A DNA stretch of 60,972 nt, the filler included, from Hausera hauseri (Eukaryota), in NCBI GenBank assembly GCA_046269625.1. It is 11 parts of 11 records of this genome, joined end to end, with 100 filler letters (N's around TTAATTAATTAA, not from the genome) between each part and the next. Parts side by side here need not be neighbours in the genome. Positions count along the whole stretch, not along the records: positions 41,854 to 52,312 come from JBJURY010183305.1; positions 52,413 to 56,813 come from JBJURY010599665.1; positions 56,914 to 60,972 come from JBJURY010787979.1; 8 more parts are not named here. One strand, given 5' to 3'. Below are positions 48,000 to 60,200 of the stretch, piece after piece. Made by a program: the position numbers and the translations under genes. The notes under the pieces were generated by a model. That model was not told the origin of the DNA. It saw only the letters and a list, made by a program, of their open reading frames with translations, and made no database searches. Position 1 is the first letter of the stretch; each line of letters starts with the position of its first letter.

Positions 48000-49429
48000 A
48001 AAATAATGACAACCAAAGAAGTTCAATCACTGCATTCTGTATTTCTCAGCATAGTTAATTCAGTTAGGAAGATCAGTTATCACAACGCGGGGATTTTGGG
48101 CGCGACCGTGTTTTACGCACCACGCTACACACCCGACATATCTGAAAACTTCATTTTTTTTAACTTTCGCTTGAAAATAAACGCACGTACACATACTACA
48201 TACATCAAATAGCAACTATCACACTTGTTCGGGGCTGTACAACGAGAAGCTTTACCGACTAATTTTCGTCTCAGTTTTAATGGATTCTTTTTGCAGCAAT
48301 CCGATATCAGTAGCTATACCCTCTCATCTTTGATACCTATAATAACTGCACATTACTGTTTGTTAGGCGGATCTGACCCAAAATCATCTTCTAAGGACCA
48401 ACAAGATTTTGCTAACATTCCCAGTGTACCGTTACACTCGCCTTTAACTCCACCGTCTACTGTAAACCTACCTTGCGTAGAATATTTTTCGACAAGCAAC
48501 ACTCCAGCCTGACATGTTGGACTTTCATGGAGCTTGGTTGAAATCAAATAATATAGTCGATTCGTTTCTTAAAGCAAACAGTTTGCTCATACTCTTGCCT
48601 TCTAACATTAAGTCGCAGTTTCCAAATTTACCGGAAATCTTCTAAAGTGGCGACTTATATAAAACAGTCTTTAACTCTATCTTAAAAATTACCGAACCAT
48701 CTCTCGATGACATCATCCATAAATATATTAATAATAACACCATAGGAACATTAAAACCCTCAGAATTTCTACAAACGTCACTGACTCAGTTGAGTACTCT
48801 TGGTGTTAATCAAGCGAACAACCCTGATTTATTACGCAGGTATTTCCTGCAATCTTTGCCCAGAGACATACGTGCGCTGCTGACAATAGTAGAGGATATA
48901 TCATCATTACAAAAACTAGTACAACTGGTTGACAAAAGCCACGAGATTTTGAATGCACATACAGCACCATCAGTAGCCGCTACGTTACAAGCGCCAACAA
49001 CGCAATAAGCTAGTGACAGCTAATTTAAAGTCACAGATAAATTCCTTACGGGCTGAAAACACAACAATATACCAAGCCATTTATGCTCTAACATCTAAAC
49101 TGGGCAATTTATCCATGGCGAGACGAGAACGATTTACGCATAATCACAGTCGCGCTTCATCGAACAACTCAAAATTTTCTAGATCACCTACACGATCAAT
49201 GGTGTGCTATTACCACACAAAATTTAAAGACAACTCCATTAAATGCTGTTCAGGTTGCAAATTTTATGTTCCCCATTTCAAATCACCCGCAATTATCTGT
49301 ATTTATAATAATAAATTCAATACTAAAGCATATAATTGCGTTACTGGGTGCACTTTCGTTAACCGAGCTAATTCACCGCGATTTACTCTTTCCAACAACA
49401 TAAGTCCTGTGCCTCCAAAAAACTTATAA
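48000..49429 (+). pseudogene. CsRn1-like Gypsy gag with a ubiquitin-like domain (48159-48371, ending LLGG) and tandem CHCC fingers
   Basis: Homologous to the 40081 ORF (NPDLLRRYFLQSLP; CYYHTKFKDNSIKCCSGC). Interrupted by stops and frameshifts. Confidence 0.8.
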
Positions 49430-49458
49430 AGCCGCCAGATGTTTCAGCACATACTGGC
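49417..49458 (+). promoter_or_regulatory. -1 programmed ribosomal frameshift signal (gag-pol)
   Basis: In-frame A AAA AAC at 49417-49423 and hairpin gccagatgt-ttcagc-acat(a)ctggc. The -1 frame is open into FLIDSGAAVS. Confidence 0.75.
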
Positions 49459-51797
49459 ACTAGCAAATGTTGTCAACCTAATAGCCGTACTTATGCCATT
49501 TTTACACTAAAAGCTTCTTTAACTTCCAAATCCAATCAACCCATCAACTTCCTAATTGACTCAGGCGCCGCCGTTTCTTTGTTACCACCATCCATCAAAA
49601 CACTATTCATCTCACCATCTAACACTAAATTATACACAGCTAACGGCCAAGCTTTACACATTTGCGGCACGTCCAAAGTTTCATTCACCTTACCACCATT
49701 CCCCGACATTTTCAGTTGGACATTTATCGTTGCCGACAAACAATCTTCAATATTCGGAGCTGATTTCTTATCTTTCTACAATCTCCTTGTAGATTGTAGA
49801 CAACGTCGGATCATCAAAAGCAGTTCAACAAAACCTACCTCTACAAATAACCTAGAAATCACGCAACCTATCTCGCTTATAAAATCCATATTAAAAAAAC
49901 CGTCAGCCTACGCAAATAAGAACGTCATTAATACCAATATAAATAATCCAATGTTTTTGTTGCAGTCCGGTAATAGCGGAACAAAATCGTTGACAAGGAC
50001 GATTTAGGTGACTCTATTTCTTGCGTTTCCAATCAAACCACTAATTCCAATCAAATTACTGCCGTGACAACAACAGCCTTTACTATGCTTAGCCAAGAAA
50101 TGCAACAATATCTAACCAAATCTTGTTTCCATACAATTATAAAAGACCCAGCATTTTGACCGGCTAACACGACGTTTCATCATATCATCACAGAAAACCT
50201 CAGGCTCGTTAGATAGAAACTCCGCCCACTTTCACCACGTCGTCGAGAGGCAGCACAAGGGGAATTGTCTGCAATCAAGCAAACTGGCATCATAAAATGC
50301 ACTAAATCACCATGGGCATCACCATTCCACGTCGTCCCAAAGAAAGATGGCACATTCCGTCCATGCGGTGATTATCGACAACTTAATAATGTCACAACCA
50401 TGGATGCTTATCCTCTACCGTTGATTAAGGATATATTGCATTCTTTACACAAGACTACGATTTATTCAACCATAGATCTCGGAAAAGCCTACCACCAAAT
50501 ACCGGTAGCACCAGAAGACATCCAAAAACGGTCATTATAACACCTTTTGGTCTTTTCGAATACGCGTTCATGCCGTTCGGTTTAAAGAACGCAGCACAAA
50601 CTTTCCAACGGCATATAGATTCAGTTCTTTTAGGCTTGCCATTTGCATATCCATACATTGATGACATACTAGTCGCATCGGCATCGTCCAAACAACACGA
50701 AGAACATCTCAGACTAGTTTTCCAACACTTGCACAACTACAGTTGGCGAGTGAACTTTTCTAAATGTTCCTTCTATCAGAAAGAGGTCAATTTCCTTAGC
50801 CACGTCATCACACCTGACGGTCACAGTCCATAGCCTGATAGAATCCATCAGCTACGAAACATCGAGCCACCAAAAATCACTACTGATATGCGTAGTTTCC
50901 TTGGGACTTTACATTTTGTCCATAAATACGTCCCACACTGTAACCAGTTAACTCCTCCTTTCTCTCAACTAGGAGCAGGGCCGAAGAACAGCTCATATAT
51001 TGGACACCAGAATTTATTAATCAGTTAGACGAACTCCGCGACAAGATCAAAACAGTCGAAATTTTAGCCTACCCAAAACCTGATGCCGACCTCATTCTAA
51101 CAACTGGCGCATCAACTACAGCAGTAGGAGCGGTTCTTCATCAAATATCTCAAGGTATAAACGAGTCGTTAGAATTCTTTTCACGCAAACTGCAGCCACA
51201 AGAACGCCGTTTGTCCACCTTCGATAGAGAACTCTTGGCTATTGTTTTAGCTCTGAAACATTTTTCACACCTGTTTATCGCTCGTTCCTTCAATATTCAA
51301 AATGACCAAAAACCTCTCATTCACGTAATGAACATGAAACAACCATCACTCCGACAAGAACGTCATATCGCATATCTGTCAACATTTAACTTCAAAATTC
51401 GCCATATTTCTGCACAGACAATTTAATAGCCGATTTCTTATCACGTTCAGTTGGAGCAATTAGCGTCACACCAATATTTTCAAAAGACCAGTTAATCCAA
51501 AATCCACCTTCCAATGAAATCCTTAGACAATGCAAATCCGTGAAAATCATCGATGGAATATTCATGGATACTTCGACACCTGGACAACATTTGCCAATTT
51601 TGGCACCTCTTCAACAAATTGCATTTCAACATGTTCATTCTTTGCATCACCCAGGTTCCAAGGCTACATTCCACCTTCTCAAACGCTACGTAACATGGCC
51701 ATCAATGAGGTCTGACGTACAGAGCTGGATTAAGCAATGCGTAGCTTACCTAAAGTTCAAAGTAGCTAAATATCTTAAACCACCATTATTCCATTAA
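49423..51797 (+). pseudogene. Gypsy pol: protease, RT, RNase H and integrase Zn finger, truncated
   Basis: FLIDSGA; SPWASPFHVVPKKDG..RPCGDYRQLN; MPFGLKNAAQTFQR..YIDD; STFDRELLAI; HSLHHPG. Confidence 0.9.
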
Positions 51798-52412
51798 ATG
51801 TTATTTTAATTCACATTATTTAGATAATATATAAATTATTTCAAAAAATTCTAAATGAAACTAACTTTTTATTAATATCTTGGTTTTATAAAACATGTTA
51901 TAGTTACCCAAATGCATTACCCATATGTCGAACAGACGACTCACTAGTCTACAATTTGGATTTTAATGATTCTTTAACCATTGTAGAGGATGATGATCTA
52001 TAATAACTGGTAGATAGACATTTACTCTTCAGTAGTTTATAGATTACATTTATAAACTATTGTTTATTATTCATTTTGCAATGATTATGAAAGGACACTA
52101 CAGTTTCTTATGCCATTAATTCTTATTAGTCTCCGTATATTAGATTTTATTTCAAGTTTTATTGAAATCTTATTTATTTGTTATCTAAAGACAGTTCTTT
52201 CAATAATTTAGGTTTGTGGTTTTAGAGAACGTATTGTTTTTTCCATATCACTGCCGGGATTTCCTCTTTATTCAAATCGAATAAAAGCTAAGAATTTGAT
52301 AAATTAATTAGCNNNNNNNNNNNNNNNNNNNNNNNNNNNNNNNNNNNNNNNNNNNNTTAATTAATTAANNNNNNNNNNNNNNNNNNNNNNNNNNNNNNNN
52401 NNNNNNNNNNNN

Positions 52413-53520
52413 TATACTGGCAAATCATCGTCTTGACAGATTTGCGCGAATATCAACAATTCCGTTCTAGGCGGAATGTTTTCGTCGACTGGAATCCATA
52501 CTTCGCCGGGCTCTCTTTCCTTATTAATCTTAGTTCCTTTTATTGGTCCGAGCTCGATTAATCTCGAAGTACTCAAATCTACCGCAACGTTTGGTGAACG
52601 TCTCAATATATCACACCCTAACACTACGTCGTCTGTTAAGTGTTCCATTATAGAAAATTCATGTTGGAATGTTTGTCTCATTATTTTAAGATTAGGATTC
52701 CACTTGAATTTCGGTCCTGATTCTTGTCCGAAAGCTCCTATACTTCCGGGATCGGTTGCAAGTGGTAGTCGTAATTGATTGCGTAACGTTTTCGGTATTG
52801 ATCCGTCCTTTATGAATGATTTCTCTGATCCGGTATCTACCAATGCGTAACTTCCCAATCGTCAATACTAATTTTGGCGAAAGGTTTACCTTTTATCTTG
52901 GGCTATTTAACGACTAATATCTTGTACCCATTTATACTAATTTCTGGTGCTTTATTCTCGGCTACTTGTCTTAATTCCTCAATGGGATACAATCCATTAT
53001 TTACACTGTTTTCGTTGTCTCGATCAGGCGTATTGATTAGCGGTTCTCGGTTGTTTTGGTTATGGAAGGATTGCATTTGTGGATTATCCCAAATTAGTGA
53101 TAGCTTCTATATTCCGTGAAATCCTTGGAGAGTATATTACTCTGTGGTCATCCAGCGAGTGGCGGCATAATTCAGATTTTTCCTTAATTCGGTACATTTT
53201 CCGTAACACGCCGTATTGTTTTGTCCCTTCACAGGGATCTTCGTAACTGAAAGGCATTCGATAAATTTCCGAACTATAGGAGTTAATAGATCTCTTATCG
53301 CTGTCTTTGTATTGGGATACTAGAGGAGGCAACATTAGCAAGGGCGGCCTAAACGTCTTACGATTGCCTATCTTGGAGACTGCGTCTACTCCCTTAGGCT
53401 CATCATCATCCTAATCGTTTTTCCGAAATTTTGTATTTCCTTGTCCTATAAAAAATAGATCTTCTCTTTCGTTTTCGATTATAATAACCAACGTGTCTCT
53501 CCACATCGCTTTTCCATTTG
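52413..53520 (-). pseudogene. Gypsy aspartic protease and long pre-protease region, same family as 60100-60972
   Basis: YALVDTGSEKSF..DDVVLGCDIL. MLPPLVSQYKDSDKR..EDPCEGTKQYG matches MLPPIAPVYEDCDKR..EDPYEGTKRYG. Confidence 0.8.
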
Positions 53521-53524
53521 GTCC

Positions 53525-54531
53525 TCATGATCCCAATATCCAATTTACAGTCGCTTGCGATCACCTTGTGGTATAAATCTGCTAATCCGATTTGCCCTTT
53601 ATAATAGAAGTAATTACCTCTATTCTTCAAGTAGTCTTCTATTCTTACATCTTGTGTTTCGAGAGCAAAAGTACTTATTGCGGCTTCTGCTACGAATAAT
53701 GCTTCGCAATTAGTGACGTACATTACTACATTGCATCAAGAAAGCATTTGTTTCTTAATGAACTTTAACCCGTTATCTTCGGAGATCAGTATCGTAGGTG
53801 TAGACTGTTCAGCGACGTCCTTCCCTGATATGGCATTATTGTCGGTTGTGTCTACATCTTTTTCACGTAGTTTCGTTAAAATTTACTTCTATTTTAATAA
53901 AGTTACAATCGTTCATAGGTGGTGGAGTCCAAATAACTATCGAACTTCAGAAAGTATAGGCACCATCTTGGATATGACACTTCTGATTTTCTGTATGTTT
54001 TTATAACACTATGGAACATCACCCTTTGGTTTCTCATTCTCAGATATCGCCCACTACTATTCCTGCTTCTCTTCCTTTTCCTGTATCGTACTCACCCCTT
54101 TTACAGTATCCGGTGTGCATGTCTAATTTCCCAATTGCTGCATTATACACTCGAATTTCTTTCCTGGTTGGGCTTCTAATTCCATCCCATCCCATCTCAA
54201 TCTACCTGTTTCCTTGGTTTGTTTGCATTGTTGTCGGTCTAAATCCATAGGAATTAGCGAAGCCGTTGGTCTTACGATTGACGAATGGCCGTGCATGTTT
54301 CCAGTGGAAAATGCTTCGCGATCGTCGTAACATACACTATCCCGTCTATTGCGCGCTGTTGGTACAAATACTTTTCTCAATGGTTACTAACTTGTGAGGT
54401 CGGGCGTCTTCGAACAGTTCCAGATCCATCAAGGAATATCTTTGTCCAACCTCAAACTTATCGTAGTCATATACTGTGATTGCACCGAGCTGTCTTATTA
54501 ACATCATAAGTGTTATTAGTTTAATAATCCA
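53525..54531 (-). pseudogene. Class III (herpes gB/chuvirus-G-like) fusion glycoprotein, N-terminal half, frameshifted
   Basis: Signal WIIKLITLMMLIRQLGA, then in order ITVYD(Y)..YSL, CMLRRSRSIFH/MHGHSSIV, LDRQQCKQTKETG, GYCKRGEYDTGKG..GIVV, KCHIQDG..IWTP..DC, CNVVMYVTN..LFV and YLKNRGNY..LADLYHKVIASDCKL. Confidence 0.65.
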
Positions 54532-56813
54532 ATTTGATTCAATATCTCGCGCTGAGTTAGTTGGTATTAAATTTCTTAACACATCTTCAATTCTAGTGGT
54601 CGGCCTGTTTCCATCTTCGTCGTCAAATAGCTTGTACCAATTTATCTCTAGGTATCTTCCTAGCAGCTTTTCTGATCAATCCAATGGTTCTATTGAATTC
54701 ATTCTCTTTTAGGGGATTTGTCTTGATTGCCAAGTACAATATTACTTTCCTTAATTCTTCCTTAGTATTCGCTACCATAATTTTCTCGATTAAAACTTCG
54801 TCAGGTAAGTTGCTTTTACTCATTTTAATCCGAAATGTTCTAAGTATTCTTGCAGTATCATATTGCTTTTTCTTTTTCGTCTAACATCTCGTTTCTTGGT
54901 CCCGAATAATTCAGTATTTTGATGTTTCTCAGCAACTCGTTCAATTCTTCGCTATCGGAGTTAATCGCGGATATGGATAGTTGCCTTAGTTCTCGTATCA
55001 GGGCTGCACTTAGGTCAATATCATCTCTTATTTTTCTCGGCCTTCCAACTGGTCGTTTCTGTTTCGGCGCAGTTGGTATTGCTTCGCTAATCGGTACTAG
55101 ATTCTTATCGTATTATTCCTTATCTTCCTCACTTTGGAGGTAGTCAAAATACATGACAAGGTCTCGGATTCCCATAATACGTCCTACGCAATGTTCATCT
55201 CTCACTTCCCTTACAGCCTCGTCTTTTGTCTGTTTATCGATAATTATAGCAACTATTCGATTTGATTCCTCTGGAATAATTCCAACGTCTATTAGTAGCT
55301 CAGGTTTGTCCAATATCCTAACTCGGAAATATAATCGATAATTTACTTCGTCTTTCCCACCATTTTGTACTATCCATTGTTTTACTTCTCTAACCTATGT
55401 TATCGTTGTGCACTCAGTTTCTCTCTCTTTCATCCATTCAGCTGATATTTTTACCTTGATCGTCGTTTCGGATTTAGCTGTCAAGAAATCAGCGTATTTC
55501 TTTATCAGTAGTCTTGGCACTGAGCTATAAACGATATTTTCGCTTAATAGTTTGGTTAATGTAGGGATCAATTGTCTCAGTTTGCTCTCCGTCATGATGA
55601 TGTTAATCTGCGCAGTTAATCCTCTCTCGGCCTGTGCGGGATATAAGAGCATGTCCATATAAAATCGTCGGTCTGTTGGAAAAATATCCTTTTGTTGTAG
55701 TTCGATGGGTGTTTTTGGGTTTTGGTTGTACACATCCTCCAAATAAACATCCCATCCTGAACCGCCGGCGACGTCTGGTAATCCATAATCTAGTAATATC
55801 GTGGACATACTTCGTACATTTTCGCGTATCTTGTTTAATCTCAACTGTACTTCTCTTATTAAGTTGGTTCGAAACTCTGCTCCGTTTCCACACACAAGTT
55901 GTATAGTTTTTAATGTCGGTCCTAGTTCATCTGTAGGGAACAATCCTTTTCTGTCGTAATCTGTTAATTCGGTCGTTACATCCGTTAACCATCTTTGTAG
56001 GAATTCTCTTTTATTTGCTAACTGTGATTGTGTGATCTTATATTTATTCTAATAAATATGAAATTATTTCCCTAATTCACATAGCTTTGTAGTTCTTTGC
56101 TTTGTGCGAATTCGCAATTCTTCTACATCTTTAACTTGAGTTGTCAATTGTCGCGTCTTGTCGTCATCTATCTCTGCCATTGTTGATATCAGCTATACTA
56201 GTCCGTGCATTTCTTTTAGAGTTTTCGAATCTCGATCTATTTCTTAAATCAGTCTCTTTACAAATCTAGCTTTGTCTGGTGTGAGGTGACAATCTTTGGT
56301 TATTTCTATCAAGTTAGCATGGCAATTTTGGTCGGTACCCAATGCCCATTCAAAAGGACGATGTAGATATTTTAATACTTCTTGTAACGCAGTCCGATGA
56401 TTTGGGCAAATATCCAACGTCAATAAATCGCATATGGATGTTTCATCTATGGACCTTGTTGCCAAATTTCGTACACCTTCTAGGCGGACACCTTTTAGTC
56501 TCGTCTATAAGGAGGAGATCTTTTCCTGTTTCGCCAGTAATTCAATTTCTTCCATCGTGGTAAACAATTCTTCTGTGAGTTTTATTTCCTGATTTTTACT
56601 CATAAATCCTAGTCTCAATAATGCGTTATATATTCAATGCGTTATATTCAGCCTCTATTTTGTAAGCATCTAAGTTACGAAGTATTTCCTTTAACTGTAG
56701 TTTTAATATCGGTTTACATTCCCAATACTTCCTTAGACGATATTTCGTTAGACTCACTAATCTGTCTAACAGTTCAATCCATTCTTTGAGTTGGTTATCT
56801 ATCATTGGTTTCG
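54532..56813 (-). pseudogene. Unassigned decayed polyprotein upstream of the glycoprotein, including an AT-hook
   Basis: A run of same-strand ORF remnants with KRPVGRPRK at about 55031-55060. No other recognisable domain. Confidence 0.4.
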
Positions 56814-57029
56814 NNNNNNNNNNNNNNNNNNNNNNNNNNNNNNNNNNNNNNNNNNNNTTAATTAATTAANNNNNNNNNNNNNNNNNNNNNNNNNNNNNNN
56901 NNNNNNNNNNNNNGCTTGAACTGATGTTTTCGGCTTTTCCTATACTTACACTTCTAAAAATAAAGAAATAAAGGTTAACCTTAGGACAGATAATCGTTTT
57001 AAAACAAAACATTTTCTGTAATTGTCAGG

Positions 57030-57210
57030 TTATTCTATCATAAATATTGTCTCGGTAACCTTTTTCCCGTATATCTCCCTCCTGATTTTTGTCGCTTATT
57101 ACAATTTTTGGAAAGTAAGAAAATTGTTGTCGTTTATATGATGAGAACGAATGTTGACAGACCAATTATTATCGGTAAGTCAGTTGGCTCAATTGAATTT
57201 CCCGTACTAA
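57030..57210 (-). pseudogene. Remnant TM and tail of the env-position membrane protein; ectodomain deleted
   Basis: KKGTSLNLT joins directly to NSIEPTDLPIIIGLSTFVLII, matching SSIESNNLPIKTIFSLSVFVLV at about 34730-34800. Confidence 0.6.
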
Positions 57211-60200
57211 TCGTAAGATTCAAAGATGTGCCTTTCTTGGCTACTGAATAATGTACATAAACCCAATTTCCTCGTTCTAAATCATGCGATTTTGTTTTTT
57301 TATCGTATTGCTTTTTAAACTGTTCTTGATATTCTTGGGATAACTCTATTGTGATTTCCCAACATTTTTGTAATCGCGCCTGCAATACTTCTGCAAAATT
57401 TTGTTGTAATCTTCGGGATTGACCGTGTATGGCATCATTCCTAAGTCTGTGGGTAACACAGCTTCACGTACATACATCATGAAAAATGGCGTAAATCCTG
57501 TTGTCGGATGCGGAGTAGTATTGATAGCAAACTGAGTTCCTTGTAAGAATTCGTTCCAATCTTCTTGGTCCTTAGCTAGGTGATACTGAAGGTGATACGC
57601 AGTAGTAATTAATCGTTCGATTTCGAATATTTTGGTAATCTTCTCAAATAGTGCACTTGTAAAATTTCTTCGTCGATCTGTTAATATTTAGTCTGGAGGT
57701 CCATATTGGCAAATGAGCTTTCTTACTACGGATTCTGCCAAAGTTTCTGCCTTTCAATCAATTAACGCAATCAACTCGACAAAATGAGTTAGTCGATCAA
57801 TACAAATTAAGATATATTTATTATTCTTATGGGTCGTGGGTAGTGGTCCTATGATATCCATTGACATGGCTTGCATGGGTCTGTCCGGTACGTCGATTGG
57901 TTTCAGTTCCGCCATGTAATTTTTCGTCTTCTTTTGTTTTGTCGCAAATACTAAACAAGCATTCACCCAATTCTTTACATCAATATAAATGAGGGGCCAA
58001 AAGTAATTGTTCAATATTCTTTCCAATGTTTTCTTTCAGGACTCGTGCCCTGCCAAATATGAATCATGTTCCGACATTAAAACTTCAATTCGTAAGGTTT
58101 TTGGAAAAAATATCCGTTTTCTTCCTTTTCGCTCATAAAATAGACGATTTTCGAGACCCTTGTTGTTCAGAACGCAATATTTGTGTCCATGTCTTCGTAG
58201 ATGCTTCTTTAATTGTCGTCCTTTTGGCATTATGTCCTTCTCAGCAAATTCTATAATCTGATGGAGAATTCTATCCTTTCTTTTTTCGGTTGAGATTTTA
58301 ATCGCTTTATCCATCGTCAATGTACGTTGGCGATTTCTTATTTCTTCAAGCTGACTTTTCTTCATTACAGTGATTGCACTTGTTTTGGTTTTTAATCTTG
58401 ATAGTGCATCGGCATCTACATGTTTATTTCCTGGCTTATAATGGAATTCGATATTGTATCTCCATATTTCTTCGATCCATCTGTTAAGTCTACATGTCGG
58501 GTTATTCGCTCGGCCCTTTAAAGTCGTGACGGCTTTGTGATCATTGACAGTTATAATTTTCTGCCCGTATACGTAAACGTTGAAGTGTCGAAGCGCTTTT
58601 TTACGGCTAGAGTTTCTAATTCGGTAACAGAATAATTTTTCTCGGCATTCTTTAAGGAATGTCCTCTATAAGCAATCGGGTGTTCTAATTCTTCATCTTT
58701 TCTTTTCTGCGCTAATTCATATCCAGTATCTTCTTTACTTGCGTCTATCTTGATTATAAAGGGTAAGTTAAAGTCTGGGTATCGTAAAACAGGTTCGCGT
58801 GTTAATATCCTTTTTATCTCCTCGAAAGCTTTCTGTTCGACGTCTGTCCATTTCCATTTAATTTCCTTTTTAAGTAGACGACATAAGGGTGCATTAATTT
58901 TTGAATTATCTGACACATAAGTTGCGTAATATCCGCATAGTCCTAGCCAGTGCCTTAAATCTTTCTGGTTTTGTGGTTCCATGCAAACTGACATTTTGTT
59001 CAATAACGATTTATCTGGTTTCGATCCTTCTTCTCCAACTATATGGCCAAGATAGGATACTGCGTTTTAAGCCCATTTACATTTCTTAGAGTTTAATTTC
59101 AATCCGTCCTGTTCCAGCCTCATTAGTGTATGTTCAGTATCCTTTTAATGTTCCTCTTCTGTCTTCGACGCTATCATTACGTTGTATAAATATGAGAAGG
59201 CATGGTCCAGTCTCATTAACACCTTATTCATCATTCTTGTAAAAATAGATGGCCCAGTAGTGATACCAAAGTTGATGATATTAAATTCGTACACGCCATC
59301 GTATGTTTTAAAAGCCGTTTTATATCCTCATCCTCTATTTCTACTTTCCAATATCCGGATTGTAGATCCCGAGTGGTGAACCATTTTGCTCTCGAAAATC
59401 TGTCAAAAGCCTCTTTTACTGACAGTAATGGGAAGGAATCTTTCATCATAAGATTATTTGAGGCTCTGTAATCAATACAGAATCTATGTTTTGTGGTACC
59501 TTTCTTCTTAACCATGATGATTGGTAAATACCAAGATCTATAGCAAGGCTTAATTATATCAGCCTTAAGCATTTGTTCGACTTTCTTCGTTATCTCAAGC
59601 TTTAATGAATGTGGCGGAGGGTACCATTTTGGCATACTTTGGTCTTCCAAGTCCATTTCTTCGTTCGAACGCGGCTTTTTCTTGAGCGGGAAAGCCAGTT
59701 TTAATGCTCTCGCTCTACCGATATCTTTTTCGTCCTTAGCGATAATCGATTTATTGCGGCATAATAATTCAGATAATTGACAATAAGACTCGGGTGAAAA
59801 ATTAGTTTCAACATGAGGTGGAAATTCGGCATATTTAAAAGGTTTTTCTTCAATAATTATCGACAATACTCTATAGGTATTCCTAAGAGTGGTATAAGCA
59901 TGTAGCCTGACGTAGATCTGTGCGTTATTAGCTATTCTGATCGGCACCCGACCGGAGTGTACTCTTGTTGGTATATGGGTGAATATTACAATCGGATCTA
60001 ATGTATCCTTTGGTTCAAAATATACCGGCTGATCGTCATATTTCTGTATTTGGGCATAAATTATCATCTCTGTTTTTGGTGGAATGTCTTCGTCTACAGG
60101 TATCCACATCTCTCAAAATTTTCTTTCTTTCGCGTTTTTTATACCTTTATTTAGACCGATTTTTACCAGCATCCCCGTTTGTAACTCGATCACTATATTC

